Shown here: piece after piece, positions 62,674 to 64,000 of the stretch
Position numbering within the stretch: position 1 is the first letter of the stretch
Layout: every line of letters starts with the position of its first letter
Source of the DNA: the human T2T-CHM13v2.0 reference genome, Homo sapiens
Reading direction: 5' to 3' (one strand)
Assembly: GCF_009914755.1 (NCBI RefSeq)
Contig: NC_060941.1
Length of the DNA: 64,000 nt
Notes under the pieces: model-generated
Databases searched by the model: none
What the model saw: the letters and a program-made list of their open reading frames with translations, nothing else
Told to the model about the DNA's origin: nothing
Position numbers and translations under genes: made by a program

Positions 62674-63407
62674 AACCAGGCAGGGAGCAGAGTCAGGGCT
62701 GTGCTGGAAAAGGCCTCCCATGGCTGTGATCACACACGCCCCTTCCTATCACCAGCCAGGACCTCCCTTCTGAGCCCTAAGGCCTTCATACTCATGGAAA
62801 TTGAGATTACAGCAAATAATGCAGGTTCAAAGTCTGAACATGCTGAGTTTGGAGCCTGTAGAACATTCAGATGAATCTACCTCAGCCAGATGGCTGGAGG
62901 GCAGCAAACGAAATGACCCAGAACAGAGGAGAGAAGCTTGAATCACAGCTATTGATCTGGAAGTTATCAGCGTATGGATGGTGTGAAGCCGTGGGGGCAG
63001 GGAAGAATGCCCAGGATGAGAAAACAAGTCCAGAGGAAAACCATAGATCAGATCTACATCAGCTTCTAAACGCAGGCAGGAGTCTGACTTGCAAAGGTGA
63101 GGGAACGGGAATAGTCAGAGTTAACAGGCGCCCACGTCACAATGGATGGATTGAAGAATTAAGAGGAACTGAGAAAGCTGACACTTCCAAGGAGCTGGGG
63201 GGTCTCCATGCCCCCTAGCACACCCTCAGCCAGGAATTTTCAGGAGCCAGGGCAGCCAGCCCCCACCCAGGGCATGGCTGTCCCATGGTCACAGGGTAGG
63301 GTGAAAAGTAGAAGCAGATGGGAAAGGGAACTGGAGGATGTGGGGGTAACTGTGGGTAGGGGTACAAGCAAAGAAAGTATGAATGAAGCCTTGAAAGGAC
63401 TTGGAAA

Positions 63408-63710
63408 GGCCTGGTGTGGTGCCTCACGCCTGTAATCCCAGCACTTTGGGAGGCCGAGACAGGAAGATCACTTGAGGTCAGGAGTTCGAGACCAGCCTGG
63501 CCAACACGGTGAAACCCTGTCTCTACCAAAAATACAAAAATTAGCTGGGCATGGTGGCGCATGCCTGTAATCCCAGTTACTCCAGAGCCTGAAGCAGGAG
63601 TCTTGCTTGAACCCGGGAGGCATAGGTTGCCGTGAGCAGAGATGGCACCACGATACGCCAGCCTGGGCAAGAGAGAGAGACTCTGTCTCTAAAACAAAAC
63701 AAAACAAAAA
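63408..63710 (+). mobile_element. AluS
   Basis: Full dimer with (AAAAC)n tail. Confidence 0.93.
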
Positions 63711-63854
63711 GGTTGGGGGGTGCGTGGGGCTGGAAGATAACACAGAGCAAAGATGTCTAAGAAGACAGGGGGTTTGACACCAGAATGTCAACGTAGTGCA
63801 GCATTACTGCAGAGAGCATTTTCTAGGGCCTCAAACTGCTTTGGAAAACTTTGG

Positions 63855-64000
63855 TGATATAGTTCGGATATTTGACCCTGCTCAAATATCATGTTGAATT
63901 GTAATGCCCGATGCTGGAGGTGGGGCCTGGCGGGAGGTGTCTGGATCCTGGGGGTGGATCCCTAATGGGTTGGTGCTGTGGTGACAGTGAGTTCTCACGA
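63855..64000 (+). mobile_element. MST-family MaLR LTR (cut by the window end)
   Basis: tgatatagttcggatatttg...tgctggaggtggggcctgg. Confidence 0.85.

Overview
Primate (human-like) non-coding genomic DNA. I find no credible protein-coding exon, CpG island, tRNA/rRNA gene or CRISPR array. The window holds about 45 Alu elements or fragments (J, S and Y lineages), L1, L2, MIR and CR1 fossils, DNA-transposon fossils (MER58, Tigger2, MER20, MADE2) and a cluster of solo LTRs at 41-53 kb. Many track ORFs derive from Alus or simple repeats, and none of the rest resembles a known family. The unique intervals include several AT-rich blocks dense in homeodomain, PBX and MEIS motifs that look like developmental enhancers. 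There are candidate non-coding exons on the + strand at 4.3-5.7 kb and on the - strand at 56.0, 55.6, 55.3, 43.3, 39.8 and 5.4-5.7 kb. LTR orientation is biased to +, which fits an intron of a minus-strand gene. From memory only and unverified, the layout resembles the 16q22.3 region upstream of the main ZFHX3 promoter (HCCAT5, former C16orf47). The most notable structures seen directly are a composite locally templated insertion (46.65-46.76 kb), a 29/30-bp inverted repeat carrying an octamer plus TAAT module (20.96 and 22.32 kb), two 3'UTR-like retroposed inserts with TSDs (22.0 and 55.7 kb), a MER41B with an intact GAS site, and a VNTR at an Alu/MLT1A junction. I found no supportable novel multi-gene system. 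Repeat subfamily names come from recalled consensus sequences, and boundaries are approximate unless a TSD is cited.
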